The notes under the pieces: model-generated | The model's database searches: none | Told to the model about the DNA's origin: nothing | The model's input: the letters and a program-made list of their open reading frames with translations, nothing else | Shown here: in pieces, positions 37,301 to 47,676 of the stretch | Layout: each line of letters starts with the position of its first letter | How positions within the stretch are numbered: the stretch's first letter is position 1 | Translations under genes and position numbers: made by a program | DNA from: a virus | Taxonomy: Duplodnaviria; Caudoviricetes | IMG/VR virus record: IMGVR_UViG_3300027833_000050 | Location: 1 to 61,681 of that record | Length of the DNA stretch: 61,681 nt | Strand: one strand, 5' to 3'

Positions 37301-39075
37301 ATAGTGATCTAGCAACTGGATCTGGCGGTATTGCTAGACCAGGCGAAAACTACACAGTAACTGATAATACTCCTGAGTATCAGCAAAGTGCATATAAGTT
37401 TGACTTCACTAAAGTAACGATGCTTAAAGTAGAGTTCTCTTGGTATGGTGCTGTTGGCGCATTGTTCTTAGCATATGTTCCTGTTGGTAACGGTGAAGCA
37501 CGATGGGTACGTGTACACCATCTACGAGCATCGAATCAGTTGAAGATCGCATCTCTTGGTAACGCAACATTGCCTATTACTTACACTACTTACGGTGGTG
37601 GTTCGCAATATTGTCTAGGTGATGGAGAAGATGGCACTATCCAACAAGGGTACGGCACATTCTCACATAACATTGTTAAGTATGGTGCTTCATACTACAT
37701 CGATGGCGGAGATAGAGGTACTGTTCGTTTATATAGCTACAACAATGACGCTCAAGTAGATGCACTAGGTAAGCAATTCGCCCAAGGTGGAGCATATGTT
37801 GCTGCCGACACGGTGATAACAGGCTCTACTTTACCTTCTATTGTAGTTGATGCTGTAGATAAAACTACTAGTACTGATCTAATTGATCCTAGGTTCTACA
37901 TGGGTGCTACTGTGAAAACAAGTAGCAGACTAGATCAAAATATTAAAGTTGTTTGGGCTGATCCAGATTCAGGTAAAGTATTCTTGTCAGCACCATTGAG
38001 CAGTAGCACTTCAATGAAATTACTTCCTGATAGAGCAGAAACGGTATACGGACTAGAGACTAAGCAAGTTATTCTTAGTACACGAGAAGGCAATTCTGTA
38101 AGAAACAGAGTTCAGGTTTATCCAACTAAACTTTCTGCTTCTAACAGTAGTGGCGAAAACACTGTAAGATTGAGATTTAAGAAAACTCCTATCTTTCAAA
38201 GCAACATCATGTCAGCGGGTAAGTTAGACCTATCTGCTGATTATACAATAACTAGTGCTAAGACTGCACTAGCTGTGACTGAAACTGTGACTACGGGCAA
38301 CTTAGCTAACACAGCGTTTAATAATAATGTGGTCACTGCGGCTGCTCATCCATTCTCATCAGGCGAAGCAGTCAAATATAGTCATGGTGGAGGCACTACT
38401 GTCACTAATCTAGTTGATGGAACTACATACTTTGTTAGAAAAATAAGTGCAAATACTTTTGAACTTTATGGCACTGAGGCTCAAGCACTTGCTGATCTTA
38501 ATGTGACTACAGGTAGAGTAGCATTATCTACTAGCGGTAGTGGTAGTGCCCATACTCTAGTTTCTGCAACAGGTGGATTCTTAGCTAACGGACAGGATAT
38601 ATACGGTTGGTTTAGAGGCAGAGTAGAAGCAGAGAATGTTACAGTATTTGGTAGATTATATAAAGAGACTGATCTATATTACTTTGAGCCTCAAGAAACT
38701 TTTGAAGGAACTGTTGTTCTTACAAGCGGAGCAAAAGATTTCTTCTTACCAGATTTGAGATTCTCATCAGATGGAGATCAATATGGAAGTGCTGTTACCA
38801 AGAACACCAGTGACCTAGAAGGTCTTAGTTCTATTAAAATAGCAAATGATTTGACTGTTCCTATTCCAGATACCGGCTCTAATGTAGCGACTATATACTT
38901 ACAGCAAGGAACAGAACAATTCGATTTAAGCACCTATTTCGATTATAACAAGGAGTACTTATCGTTTCCTTTGACCGATGTCGCTGACAGCTTGTATTTT
39001 GCTGTTGATGCTGACACCGCTCATACGAGCAATGATGATCCTATAAGCTTGGGTGTAACATGGGAAGAGCAGTAA
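34399..39075 (+). CDS. large virion structural/appendage protein (paralog of 39079-42705)
   Basis: 1558 aa in the late operon; SKRFFRYQPG, KVEFSWYGAVG, KYGASYYIDGG; two KC.RD..Y.ID repeats. Confidence 0.7.
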   Translation: MSSITNVNSNSSVVNVGRTTPVSPGPQTAEKSIPVVMASDQTAIPVVEQNKVQSEVALSLLGIPRAEVALGIFADVNTYDVNPSEWSMKPEYHIDGHGVKHLPTEAGALVEAPRNETSVLTSKRFFRYQPGRVSAATFGIRSSVSLADFAQNPAIRKYGIYDKYDGYYWETRNSGVDDNFSVVRRTQSVAYSPVTPYGIKATTLLRGNNNTSNTTVATTQTDDYRAVGNGASEALVSEGLLSSDRQIVIDKKFDIVDSALAVAYKSYYQASSANFNTYNNGGTGTAISPVANSGDLAATGFATQNEYRYYTDLAAAINADNGGITDITALEVRAKCKRDLDYWIDNFLLDMKHGGKAHTVINTSNFALSNGTSDWYSIKVGIFPKVSRFEKPVHQALKLIFKTGKLFQDSDTTAGTGSVGALGTPTGTDLNLSAEAIAFVGADTTGLAAITQTAFTDDDFYAGLTSPTALVTADYGTGVNAKSKLDTFFDVKMNFWAYWVTTKTATGVRAYDAATQIQYSIPAGGLSSLAALGYTNNAAGQAKLKAYLKYKCQRDVGYIIDGYKNDILGGGNAETIYNASMFLRGTGLSVYSQQGGGSNNDGNISEPERHAHLKTRIQNDLKTFGFADSTSEYVKLTSLADHVIANFDVEKSTAMSVGDRGFAGNLVALRDGLIHTHAAVYDPSLLKPAKKIIARVTSGTVDGTDPCVFKLTEGYVTFGQHIKIHWTGNGTVLDTDTRNGEVLTVTSVFGPKGCEFTAKDAVTGVAVTPTQNQINSASIGTISITTVVPFIFPKDYNVVSSDATTLNNFASKIDVKPSKVNNKGALVDGTDAREFRTYSASFDTGLIPKGPVFPYMYSAGDDLNATANFYEDEKYVGFINTALNPSITGEGGTAASNVDTIRSQIDNVNFFPEYINWIKNNVDPKYYGVYEYRVPRSRFSHDALDGIAGLTTDNPKTAINPGRRNRVYSDLATGSGGIARPGENYTVTDNTPEYQQSAYKFDFTKVTMLKVEFSWYGAVGALFLAYVPVGNGEARWVRVHHLRASNQLKIASLGNATLPITYTTYGGGSQYCLGDGEDGTIQQGYGTFSHNIVKYGASYYIDGGDRGTVRLYSYNNDAQVDALGKQFAQGGAYVAADTVITGSTLPSIVVDAVDKTTSTDLIDPRFYMGATVKTSSRLDQNIKVVWADPDSGKVFLSAPLSSSTSMKLLPDRAETVYGLETKQVILSTREGNSVRNRVQVYPTKLSASNSSGENTVRLRFKKTPIFQSNIMSAGKLDLSADYTITSAKTALAVTETVTTGNLANTAFNNNVVTAAAHPFSSGEAVKYSHGGGTTVTNLVDGTTYFVRKISANTFELYGTEAQALADLNVTTGRVALSTSGSGSAHTLVSATGGFLANGQDIYGWFRGRVEAENVTVFGRLYKETDLYYFEPQETFEGTVVLTSGAKDFFLPDLRFSSDGDQYGSAVTKNTSDLEGLSSIKIANDLTVPIPDTGSNVATIYLQQGTEQFDLSTYFDYNKEYLSFPLTDVADSLYFAVDADTAHTSNDDPISLGVTWEEQ

Positions 39076-39078
39076 TTT

Positions 39079-42000
39079 ATGTCAAAACAGATAAAGATTG
39101 GGCTGGACAAAGTTCCAGCTCCAGTCACAAAACAGTTTACTCAACTGGTAGACATCGAGGGCACAAGGCTTTTTGATGCCGCAGGCAATCCTCTTGTAAC
39201 TGAGGAAGAAGCGGCACTAGTACAGTTTACCTCGACTGAAAATGCATTATCTGTATTTGTTAACAATGATAGTGTTAGGACAATACCAATTAAGGAGCAG
39301 TTTGCTCAGACTTCGCAAGTGAGTTCATCTTTGCTTGGCATTCCGAGAGCAGAAGAACAACTAGCACTATTTTCAGATGTTGCAACATATGGCCTAGACG
39401 AAGATCAGTGGAATGAGTATACATTTTCTGATCAACAGACTCCTAGTGCTTGGTATAGAAAGGAAAACCCTGAGTATGGAAGAAGAGAATTACCAAGTTT
39501 CAATGAAGGTTCTACTGAGCAAGCATTATATCTAAAAGCCTTTCCCAGTCAATATGGGTTTCCACAAGGTACGACAGAAGCGAGACTGACCGACCCTACC
39601 CCGAGTTTCGAAAGCTACATGAATTTCATCGCTTTAGGAAAATACCTGTACAGTTTTTTTCTAGGCACTTCTACATCCTTTGTAGAGAAGAATTTCTTAA
39701 ATAATGATGTTGCTAGTGTTGTTAATCAGGGATTGCAACCGATTACACCAGTTTTTCTACAAGATATTCTTCAATTTGATGGAAACGGAAGCTTTTTCGA
39801 TGTTGTATATGGCGGTACCACAGAACAAGAGTCCTTCGATGCTATAGAGAGATGGACATTTTTCTTTGATCAAATTGTAGCTGGAACAGCAAAGTTTCCA
39901 CCACTAGTAGGATCGGCTCAAACAGATTTTACTAAGACTGATCTGTATAGAGCCATACAGAACTTTGCTACTAAGTGCAAACCTGGTGGTAGCTCGACAA
40001 TAAGACAGATAGCAGTACTGGAAAGTAAACGAGCGTTTAGATATCAGCCAGGTAGAGCAAGCGGATTTACCTTTGGCGCAAGAATGGCATCAGAGCCTAC
40101 AAGCACAAGTGCTTTTCTTGAGTGGGGATGCGCTAACGACACAGACGAGTATATGTTTCAACTGAGAGGTAGTCAGTTTAATATCGTAAGAAGAAGTACG
40201 ATTAAGCTGTCTGACGAACTTCTTACTAGACAAGGCTTAGATTCTAGTAATCAAAGTGATACAGCTATTTTTCCTAAGGGAATAGGTAATAGTAATGCGC
40301 TTTGGGAAACAGTAATACCTAGATCAAAGTGGAATGGCGATGCTCTATTAGGCACTGGAGATTCTGGTTATATATTGTCATTCGAAGATGTTACGATGTA
40401 CAAGATTGAGTTCTCTTGGTACGGCGCAATCGGTGCAAGGTTCTATGCGTATATTCCTAGCGGGAATGGAGAAGCCCGATGGGTTAAGCTCCACACATTC
40501 GTAATCGAAAATGGATTAGGTCAACCAGTACTAGCAAATCCAGACTTCAAGTTTAAGTACTTGCTATACACTGATGATAATGCAAATATACGATCTCCAA
40601 TATATCTCTATAAGTACGGCAGTAGCTACTATGTAGATGGTGGAGATGAAGGTACAATCAGACTATCTACAACTACAGCAGACACTAAAGCTTTTAGTAC
40701 TCGGACACCTGTGATAGGCATATTACCTAAAAATTATATTCTGAACAGTAAAGGCGAATCTATACGAAACTATAAGAAGTCATATCCTTCTAAAATCTCT
40801 GTAAGCACTAGTAAGAGGTGTAGAATAGATGTGGAGGAAGTTACTGGATCTCCTGAAGGTGTACACTTTAATTTTTCTCCTTCTATTTTTATGAACGGAA
40901 GACATCCTAAAAGCAGAACATTAGACTTCAAGTATGCAGCCTCCAACATAATCGATATAGAACAGCCGAGTAATCCTGCTGTAACGGGAACAATTACTGC
41001 AACAATTGCTTCGGCTACTATTGTAGGCGTGAATACACAATTTAACACATTAGCTTCTGGATCTGGTGGCGTAGATCCAGGCGATAATATAATTATAGAT
41101 GGCAACGAATATGAAGTCGAAAGTGTAACTGATAATTTGAATCTAGTGTTAGCTACAGTATCTACTTCAGCGGTAAGCGGTGTATCGACTACTATCGTTA
41201 AAAAGCTTAATCCCTCCGACAACTACGCACATATAATCGCAGATGGAGTATATGGAGTCTATGTTAATAATTCATACTCAAGTAACAGTAGATCAACAAA
41301 CACTCTAAGAAGAAATTCAGCATATAGTTTAACTGTGCAAGATGTCAGAGATAGTAGCAAGGTTGATGGCTCGATTCTTTCTCCTGAAAACAAAGAATCA
41401 TTCACTGGAGTTTTGACTAATTATAATACTATCGTTTCATCAACAGTTCCAATAAGTTCAAACAACTTTAAAATACATTTTTTAAATCCTAAGGCATACG
41501 ATTCTGGATCAGGTGCTAGTAGACACTTTGCAGAATTTTCTGTAGGAGTAACTCCACATACTCCTATTGCTCCAGGTGGAGATGCAGATGCAAACAAAGT
41601 TCAATTTGAGTTTGCGACTGGACAATATAAAGATTTTGATATAACAGAGTTTCCTCAGATAGAGTATTCTCATAACGCAACTAACTATAATCAACTGGCA
41701 AGAGCAGAGCAGTATGAGTGGGATCCCAGCTTTGGAGATAGAATGTCTGTTGATCCCAGAATACCTAATCCGAAAGGACCTGACAGTGGATTTTTATCTA
41801 CAGTAGTAGGTAAGATTAATGTTAACAGCCACCAAGTAACACTGATTGAAGATGGTGGTGTTGATCCTAGTAACGGAGTAAATTATACTGGCCTCAAAAA
41901 GTTAACATTCGCATCTGGCGTACCTGGACCCAGCGACTCGCTTATAAAGTTTGATTCGGCCGGTAATCCATTATCAGAAGTGGGCGCAGGCTTTAGAGGA

Positions 42001-42705
42001 ACAACATTCTTTTTCAGAACAACTGTTTTCAGACCTAATGGTGCAAATGCATACATATACGTTGATGGTGGCGATGATGCTGATGGTAATAATGTTGGCC
42101 AGTTAGTTACTAATGCGGCTGTAGGTGGACAATTCTTTATACAGACTAAAATCTTAACTTTAACCCATGACTGGCAAGCAGTAAGCTTTGATGAAAATGG
42201 AAGTGAGTTATTCACTGACAATAAGTTTGTAAAATCTCAAGCAATTAAGTTCAATGATCAGCCATTTTATCCTACATTTGCTCTAGCAGACAATGCTAGA
42301 ATTAATGGAGTGGTGATTGAGGAGATTAGTGAAGATGGTCTTGTTAAAGTGCATACTCCGTCTTTCGTTACGGAAGATTCATCGTATAATACAGGTATTA
42401 CAATAGTTAACAGCGGATCATCTAACAGCACAGAACCACCGGCTTCATTCAACTCAGACGAGAGACTGGCTAGCTGTAGATATGATACTAGTGCATTAAA
42501 CCCGTTGAGACCAGGTAACACGCTATATTCTTTTTATGTTGACGCAGGTAAGCCTGTTTCGGTGGACTTAGAGAGCGTATTTGCTGTCGATAGAAAAGGT
42601 GTATCGAGGGGTTTATATAATAATAAGTCTATATACTTTACTGCTACCAGTTTAGATGGTAATCAAGGTAATATTGAAGCGACAATAACAGTCAAGGAAC
42701 AGTAA
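39079..42705 (+). CDS. large virion structural/appendage protein (paralog of 34399-39075)
   Basis: 1208 aa; SKRAFRYQPG, KIEFSWYGAIG, KYGSSYYVDGG. Confidence 0.7.
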   Translation: MSKQIKIGLDKVPAPVTKQFTQLVDIEGTRLFDAAGNPLVTEEEAALVQFTSTENALSVFVNNDSVRTIPIKEQFAQTSQVSSSLLGIPRAEEQLALFSDVATYGLDEDQWNEYTFSDQQTPSAWYRKENPEYGRRELPSFNEGSTEQALYLKAFPSQYGFPQGTTEARLTDPTPSFESYMNFIALGKYLYSFFLGTSTSFVEKNFLNNDVASVVNQGLQPITPVFLQDILQFDGNGSFFDVVYGGTTEQESFDAIERWTFFFDQIVAGTAKFPPLVGSAQTDFTKTDLYRAIQNFATKCKPGGSSTIRQIAVLESKRAFRYQPGRASGFTFGARMASEPTSTSAFLEWGCANDTDEYMFQLRGSQFNIVRRSTIKLSDELLTRQGLDSSNQSDTAIFPKGIGNSNALWETVIPRSKWNGDALLGTGDSGYILSFEDVTMYKIEFSWYGAIGARFYAYIPSGNGEARWVKLHTFVIENGLGQPVLANPDFKFKYLLYTDDNANIRSPIYLYKYGSSYYVDGGDEGTIRLSTTTADTKAFSTRTPVIGILPKNYILNSKGESIRNYKKSYPSKISVSTSKRCRIDVEEVTGSPEGVHFNFSPSIFMNGRHPKSRTLDFKYAASNIIDIEQPSNPAVTGTITATIASATIVGVNTQFNTLASGSGGVDPGDNIIIDGNEYEVESVTDNLNLVLATVSTSAVSGVSTTIVKKLNPSDNYAHIIADGVYGVYVNNSYSSNSRSTNTLRRNSAYSLTVQDVRDSSKVDGSILSPENKESFTGVLTNYNTIVSSTVPISSNNFKIHFLNPKAYDSGSGASRHFAEFSVGVTPHTPIAPGGDADANKVQFEFATGQYKDFDITEFPQIEYSHNATNYNQLARAEQYEWDPSFGDRMSVDPRIPNPKGPDSGFLSTVVGKINVNSHQVTLIEDGGVDPSNGVNYTGLKKLTFASGVPGPSDSLIKFDSAGNPLSEVGAGFRGTTFFFRTTVFRPNGANAYIYVDGGDDADGNNVGQLVTNAAVGGQFFIQTKILTLTHDWQAVSFDENGSELFTDNKFVKSQAIKFNDQPFYPTFALADNARINGVVIEEISEDGLVKVHTPSFVTEDSSYNTGITIVNSGSSNSTEPPASFNSDERLASCRYDTSALNPLRPGNTLYSFYVDAGKPVSVDLESVFAVDRKGVSRGLYNNKSIYFTATSLDGNQGNIEATITVKEQ

Positions 42706-45700
42706 TGACAATTTTCAGAGGTATTAATGTTGCAAAGGGCATGGTTGATGTTGATGACCCTAAGGTTGCTCTGGGCAACTTAGGCCTAAATAGAGATGAC
42801 TTTGACCTTATTGCAGGACTAACAGAAGCCGGAAATGATGTAGGAATATCTGACTTTCATTCACTATCTGGACTTGTTGTTCCTCAACAAACTACACTCC
42901 AATCGCTAACATCTTGTGCTGAACAGACCGAAAGAGTTCTAGACACTATGGCAGATATAAGAGTTCCACTCGACTTTAACGCTAATATTGATAATAACAA
43001 GTTAGTGGGTGGAGCGATTAAGTTCTCATATCTAGACTTTAATAGCACTATTAGTGATAGTGGTACATTTTGGAGTACAAAGAAAGCTGATATATCTACC
43101 TCAAGAATATCTTCTTGGTCTCCAGTGGGGCCACCTGGCAGCGAAGATGATTACATTCTTTATGGCGGTGAAGTTAAAGTTACAGGCGACTATCTATCAT
43201 ACACCGACTTAGAGACTACAGAAGCTCCTATAGCTAAAAAGTTTAGAGGAGAAGTCGCAACTCACACACTATCAGTAAAGGTTGCAGATTCTGGTGGTAC
43301 TGCTAATACACATCAACTTCTAGTCATGAAGGGCATACCTCTTACTTGGAGCGCATACTTTAGAGACGCCGATCTAGGTGCAAGTATCGTCTCTGGAGGA
43401 GTCACAGACTCTAGTGGAGCAGTAATACCTATAACATGGCAAATAACTAACCAAGATGACGGCCTATCATACAATTCTGGTGACGGATCGAGTACATATC
43501 CAGGAAACTTGGGCATAGGCACATCTACTGTTCCTGCTCTATATCCTTTTAGAGATACTGCATCTAAACCACGAACTCTTGAGTTTTTCTATGATCCGGG
43601 TAAGATAGAAAGATTAGATATAAAATACATAAATCTTTTAGATTGGACTAATGTCACTTTACCAGCACTTAAAATTTTAAATCTGGAGGGCAACGATTTC
43701 TCTGTTATTCCACAGTTCAGGTCTGATGCTCAAACATCAATGGCTGGATATTCGGGAGGTAAAGGACTTGCTACTTCTCTAGAAGAAATTGTACTTACAG
43801 GCAACAACCTTAGTCGTGCTCCTAACTACTTAACGGGAAGGAATGGGTTTACAGAAACAACAGCCGCAACTGCAGGAACAGCTTCAGCACAGCTTAATAG
43901 ACTTCCTGCTACTATGAAGAAAATCACGGTTAATGGCTGCTTTAAAGATAATACGACTGTTGATTTGAGAGATTATTTAGATTTAACACATTTTACATTT
44001 AAAGCTGAATATCAGAGAGAATTGAGAAGACAGATGTTTTCACATGGTCCTTCTCCATTAACATATGATGGTCTTGAAGCAACTACTGGACTAAAACTTA
44101 AAGCTGGTCTATTCAGTAGTGATGTGAATGCTCCAATAACTCTAAGCGATTCTCATGCGGCTGATAGCGATTATATAGCCAACACTTGGTTTAACACTAG
44201 CTATGCTATGGCGTCAGGCAGTGATAAAATTTATGTCAGAATTGACTTCAAAGTTGGCAGCGACTCTAAAATGGGTAGTATAACAAGTATTACCGACGGT
44301 GCTGTATATATTTTATATAAGAATGTAAATTCAGCTTCAACCCATAAATATGTTCTCAGAACTCAAAACGATTCCGGTCCTGTGACTGTTTCCAACACGC
44401 ACGTTGGGAATGCTGAGGGTGGATTCGTTATGACTAGGTGCGACTCGTCTGGAAACGATATAATATTTAATCCAACGAAAGGAATAGACACATACAATAT
44501 TCATGATCAGAACTACACTCAGCTTTCTCCGGGAACATATAGAAGTCCTAATCTGACATATCTTGATATTAGGTCAAATAATGCATTATTCACAAATTCC
44601 GAGTTTCCTTATTACGACTCAACAAGCAATGCCACTAAGATTGCTAGTTCTGCTGATATGGCTATACCCACGCCCGTAAGCGATAATCTAGTTAGATTTT
44701 ACACAGAGTATGGAACGCACAATATAATCAATTTTTCTGATAAGCCTAACTTAAAAACAATTAGAGCGGCACATATGAATATGTCCACTAAGTGGCAAAC
44801 TGCCGAGAAAACACTTGATGGCAAGTTTGACAATTTGCCCGAATTAGAATATCTCAGTTTATACAACACGAAAAGAAGTGCAGGCAACTATAAGACTAAT
44901 GGGATGTTTCAAAATAAGCCCAAGATGACTTGGGCAGATATCAGGTGGGGCTGGGGACACTATGGATCTTTGAGAGACGACACATTCTCGGGCTCCGATT
45001 CTTTAGATCATTGGCTCGAAGCTGGAACTAAAGGTCGATTCACTAACGATAAGTTTGGAACGAGTGGCAGTGCGGGGCACACAGGACAAGTATTTGCTAA
45101 CTCCACTAAATTGAAGAGAATTTATATCTATGGCGACTGGACTGGATCAGGCGCATTTATATCCGAAGCGGGCAGTGCAAACGACTTAAACCTTGCTAAT
45201 TGCACTATATTAAATAGAATCTATGCGCCAAGTAATGACCTACGAGGCGCATTGCCTAATTTTAGTGCGAACACAAAACTTCAACATTTATATGTTCACA
45301 ATTGTAGTATCACAAAGAATATGGAATGGGGTCAACCAGGACAAACATATACTATCTTAACTAAGAGAACTGACGGCAATAACGGAGCGACAACTAACCA
45401 ATGGACACAAGCTGGTTGGGTATCGGAGGGAACTGATCCAGTAACAGGTGCGGCTCACACTACGACTCCTACAGTAGGAGACTCTTTTGTATATGCGGCA
45501 CCTATAGATGTGACAACCACTCAACTTGAAGCTGGTAAAAGATATAAGATTCGTGATGTAGGAACCACATCAAATGCTAATTGGGGCGCTTTAGGTGCAT
45601 CTACTAGTCCGTATCAAGGAAGAAACTTTACAGCAACTGGCAACGCAACTGTCGCTGGTAATGGTAAAGTTCTCGTAAGAACTTTTGACAGGATTAAAGG

Positions 45701-46205
45701 TAGAGGACTTACCGGTAATTTTCCAGAATTCAACCAATCGGGTTTATCGGGAATATGGGCATATAATAATAGCTTTTCAGGACAAATGCCCAAACAAGAT
45801 TTGACAAAAATATATCTTATATATCTGCAACGCAACGAGTTTACGGGCTCCATTCCAGACCTGAGTTCGTGTCCCAATTTACATAAATTTAAGATGCATG
45901 ATAATAAACTGTCAACATACACAGCTGGGTTCCTTAAAGATAATCTCAGAATGACAAAATTTGACTTCAGTAATAATAGACTTCGAGCCAGTATTGCTAC
46001 TGATTTGATATATGATCTTTATGAGAACTATTTAGCTAGACCTAGGGGTGGAGTAACACTAGACTTTTTGGGACAAAGTGATCCTGATGGTCAAAACACT
46101 CTATCGCAATCGGCCGTCGAGACCGATGGTACGACTGGTCCAGAATCTTCTGCAAATAAACTGTCTGCCCTTAGAAATAATGGCTGGACAATACTCTTAG
46201 ACTAA
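42705..46205 (+). CDS. leucine-rich-repeat-containing tail appendage protein
   Basis: LPALKILNLEGNDFS, LEEIVLTGNNLS, LPELEYLSLYN, YNNSFSGQMP, LQRNEFTGSIPDLSSCPNLHKFKMHDNKLS, FDFSNNRL. Confidence 0.75.
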   Translation: MTIFRGINVAKGMVDVDDPKVALGNLGLNRDDFDLIAGLTEAGNDVGISDFHSLSGLVVPQQTTLQSLTSCAEQTERVLDTMADIRVPLDFNANIDNNKLVGGAIKFSYLDFNSTISDSGTFWSTKKADISTSRISSWSPVGPPGSEDDYILYGGEVKVTGDYLSYTDLETTEAPIAKKFRGEVATHTLSVKVADSGGTANTHQLLVMKGIPLTWSAYFRDADLGASIVSGGVTDSSGAVIPITWQITNQDDGLSYNSGDGSSTYPGNLGIGTSTVPALYPFRDTASKPRTLEFFYDPGKIERLDIKYINLLDWTNVTLPALKILNLEGNDFSVIPQFRSDAQTSMAGYSGGKGLATSLEEIVLTGNNLSRAPNYLTGRNGFTETTAATAGTASAQLNRLPATMKKITVNGCFKDNTTVDLRDYLDLTHFTFKAEYQRELRRQMFSHGPSPLTYDGLEATTGLKLKAGLFSSDVNAPITLSDSHAADSDYIANTWFNTSYAMASGSDKIYVRIDFKVGSDSKMGSITSITDGAVYILYKNVNSASTHKYVLRTQNDSGPVTVSNTHVGNAEGGFVMTRCDSSGNDIIFNPTKGIDTYNIHDQNYTQLSPGTYRSPNLTYLDIRSNNALFTNSEFPYYDSTSNATKIASSADMAIPTPVSDNLVRFYTEYGTHNIINFSDKPNLKTIRAAHMNMSTKWQTAEKTLDGKFDNLPELEYLSLYNTKRSAGNYKTNGMFQNKPKMTWADIRWGWGHYGSLRDDTFSGSDSLDHWLEAGTKGRFTNDKFGTSGSAGHTGQVFANSTKLKRIYIYGDWTGSGAFISEAGSANDLNLANCTILNRIYAPSNDLRGALPNFSANTKLQHLYVHNCSITKNMEWGQPGQTYTILTKRTDGNNGATTNQWTQAGWVSEGTDPVTGAAHTTTPTVGDSFVYAAPIDVTTTQLEAGKRYKIRDVGTTSNANWGALGASTSPYQGRNFTATGNATVAGNGKVLVRTFDRIKGRGLTGNFPEFNQSGLSGIWAYNNSFSGQMPKQDLTKIYLIYLQRNEFTGSIPDLSSCPNLHKFKMHDNKLSTYTAGFLKDNLRMTKFDFSNNRLRASIATDLIYDLYENYLARPRGGVTLDFLGQSDPDGQNTLSQSAVETDGTTGPESSANKLSALRNNGWTILLD

Positions 46206-46215
46206 GGAATAAGAT

Positions 46216-47676
46216 ATGGCACAAGGGTTTGTTAGAAACTTGAATCTAGTAGAGAGTAATACTCAGTCTTCAGACAGAAATATTCTCGATAATCTTGGTG
46301 GACAAAGCATAACATCAGATATACTTTTGTTTGACGGAAACACAAAGTATAAAAGTAGATTGCAAAACAACAGCACTGCTACGGTAGTGGAAATTACCGC
46401 ATTCGGCAGCTTTGTTGTAGGTAAGCAATATAAGATCGAAGACCTTGGCACAGATAGAGCTTCTGGCTGGGATGCTATTGGGGCAGACAATTCGCCTGCA
46501 GTGGGCGAAATATTTACAGTAAACTCAACAGATCAATCTGCACAATCTGGCACAGGTGGAACAGCTAAAGAAGTTCAAGCTAGAGTAGACTTTAACAATG
46601 TCAATGATTTGACTGACGGATATACTATAGTTGTTATTGGAGAGAATAAGGTAGCATACTCGAATAATACTGAAATATCTATTAATAACGGAACAACTTA
46701 TCCTTATAAAGTTTTCAACTCGAACACAGAAGATAGATTTCAACTAGTTCCGGTTGCGACAGTTGATCCAGATAGTAGTGATGTAATAAATCTTTCTGGA
46801 GTTGCAACAATAGCTGATGTTGCATTAGTCAGAAGCGATACAATTACTGTTCAGAATTTTGAAAACCTTAGTCCAGCTACTGTATTGCTGACCAATGATG
46901 AAGTCAATGAGACTGGTGCTGGCGGTGATCCAGAGTCTATAGTTGACGATGCATCAGATGGAGGAGCAGGTGGAGGATACGACACATTCTCACAAACTTC
47001 ATATATTGGTAACATAGTAGCCAAAGTTAAATTTAAAAAGAGTCGTATTCCTCTGACATATCAAGATAGCTCCTTTAATGAAAAGGTTCGAGTGGGCGGA
47101 GAAGTTAGGGTAACAAACAGTAGTAATATTGAAATAGGCTATTCGAGACTTATTACAACACCACTAATTGTAGGAGTAAGCTACAAAATAATAGATGTAG
47201 GATCAACAACTACTACTGACTGGGTACATTTGGGATCTGATGCATCTCCGGCAAATGGTGAAGTGTTTATCGCAACAGGAGCAACTGTTCGAAGTGCTAC
47301 TGATGGTGGTGGAGCTTTATCTGGTATAGGAAATGGTCAAGTAAAAGCATCAGCTCCTCCAGGACTATTCATACTTAATACAGCTACTAACACAGAGGTT
47401 AGAGCATTCTCTGGTACAGATAATCCTTGGGATAAAGATGAAAGCACTCCATCTTTCATATCAGGAAACGCAATAAAAACAACAGCGAACAAATCTCAAG
47501 TAAGTGATCTAGTGTTTGATCCAGTTAGCAACAATACTCCTATACTAGTTAAGACTAATCTTGCACAAAGTAGTGCTTTAGATGCTGTGACAAATTCCTC
47601 GCCAGGTAACACATTTACACACAAATCTCCAATACTTGTTAACGGAGAGCAATTTTTCTTATTGCTTACAACCTAG
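46216..47676 (+). CDS. tail appendage-associated structural protein
   Basis: 486 aa; GF.RNLNL.E...ILDNL N-terminal motif; two copies of the shared G..Y.I..G...W..G module. Confidence 0.65.
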   Translation: MAQGFVRNLNLVESNTQSSDRNILDNLGGQSITSDILLFDGNTKYKSRLQNNSTATVVEITAFGSFVVGKQYKIEDLGTDRASGWDAIGADNSPAVGEIFTVNSTDQSAQSGTGGTAKEVQARVDFNNVNDLTDGYTIVVIGENKVAYSNNTEISINNGTTYPYKVFNSNTEDRFQLVPVATVDPDSSDVINLSGVATIADVALVRSDTITVQNFENLSPATVLLTNDEVNETGAGGDPESIVDDASDGGAGGGYDTFSQTSYIGNIVAKVKFKKSRIPLTYQDSSFNEKVRVGGEVRVTNSSNIEIGYSRLITTPLIVGVSYKIIDVGSTTTTDWVHLGSDASPANGEVFIATGATVRSATDGGGALSGIGNGQVKASAPPGLFILNTATNTEVRAFSGTDNPWDKDESTPSFISGNAIKTTANKSQVSDLVFDPVSNNTPILVKTNLAQSSALDAVTNSSPGNTFTHKSPILVNGEQFFLLLTT

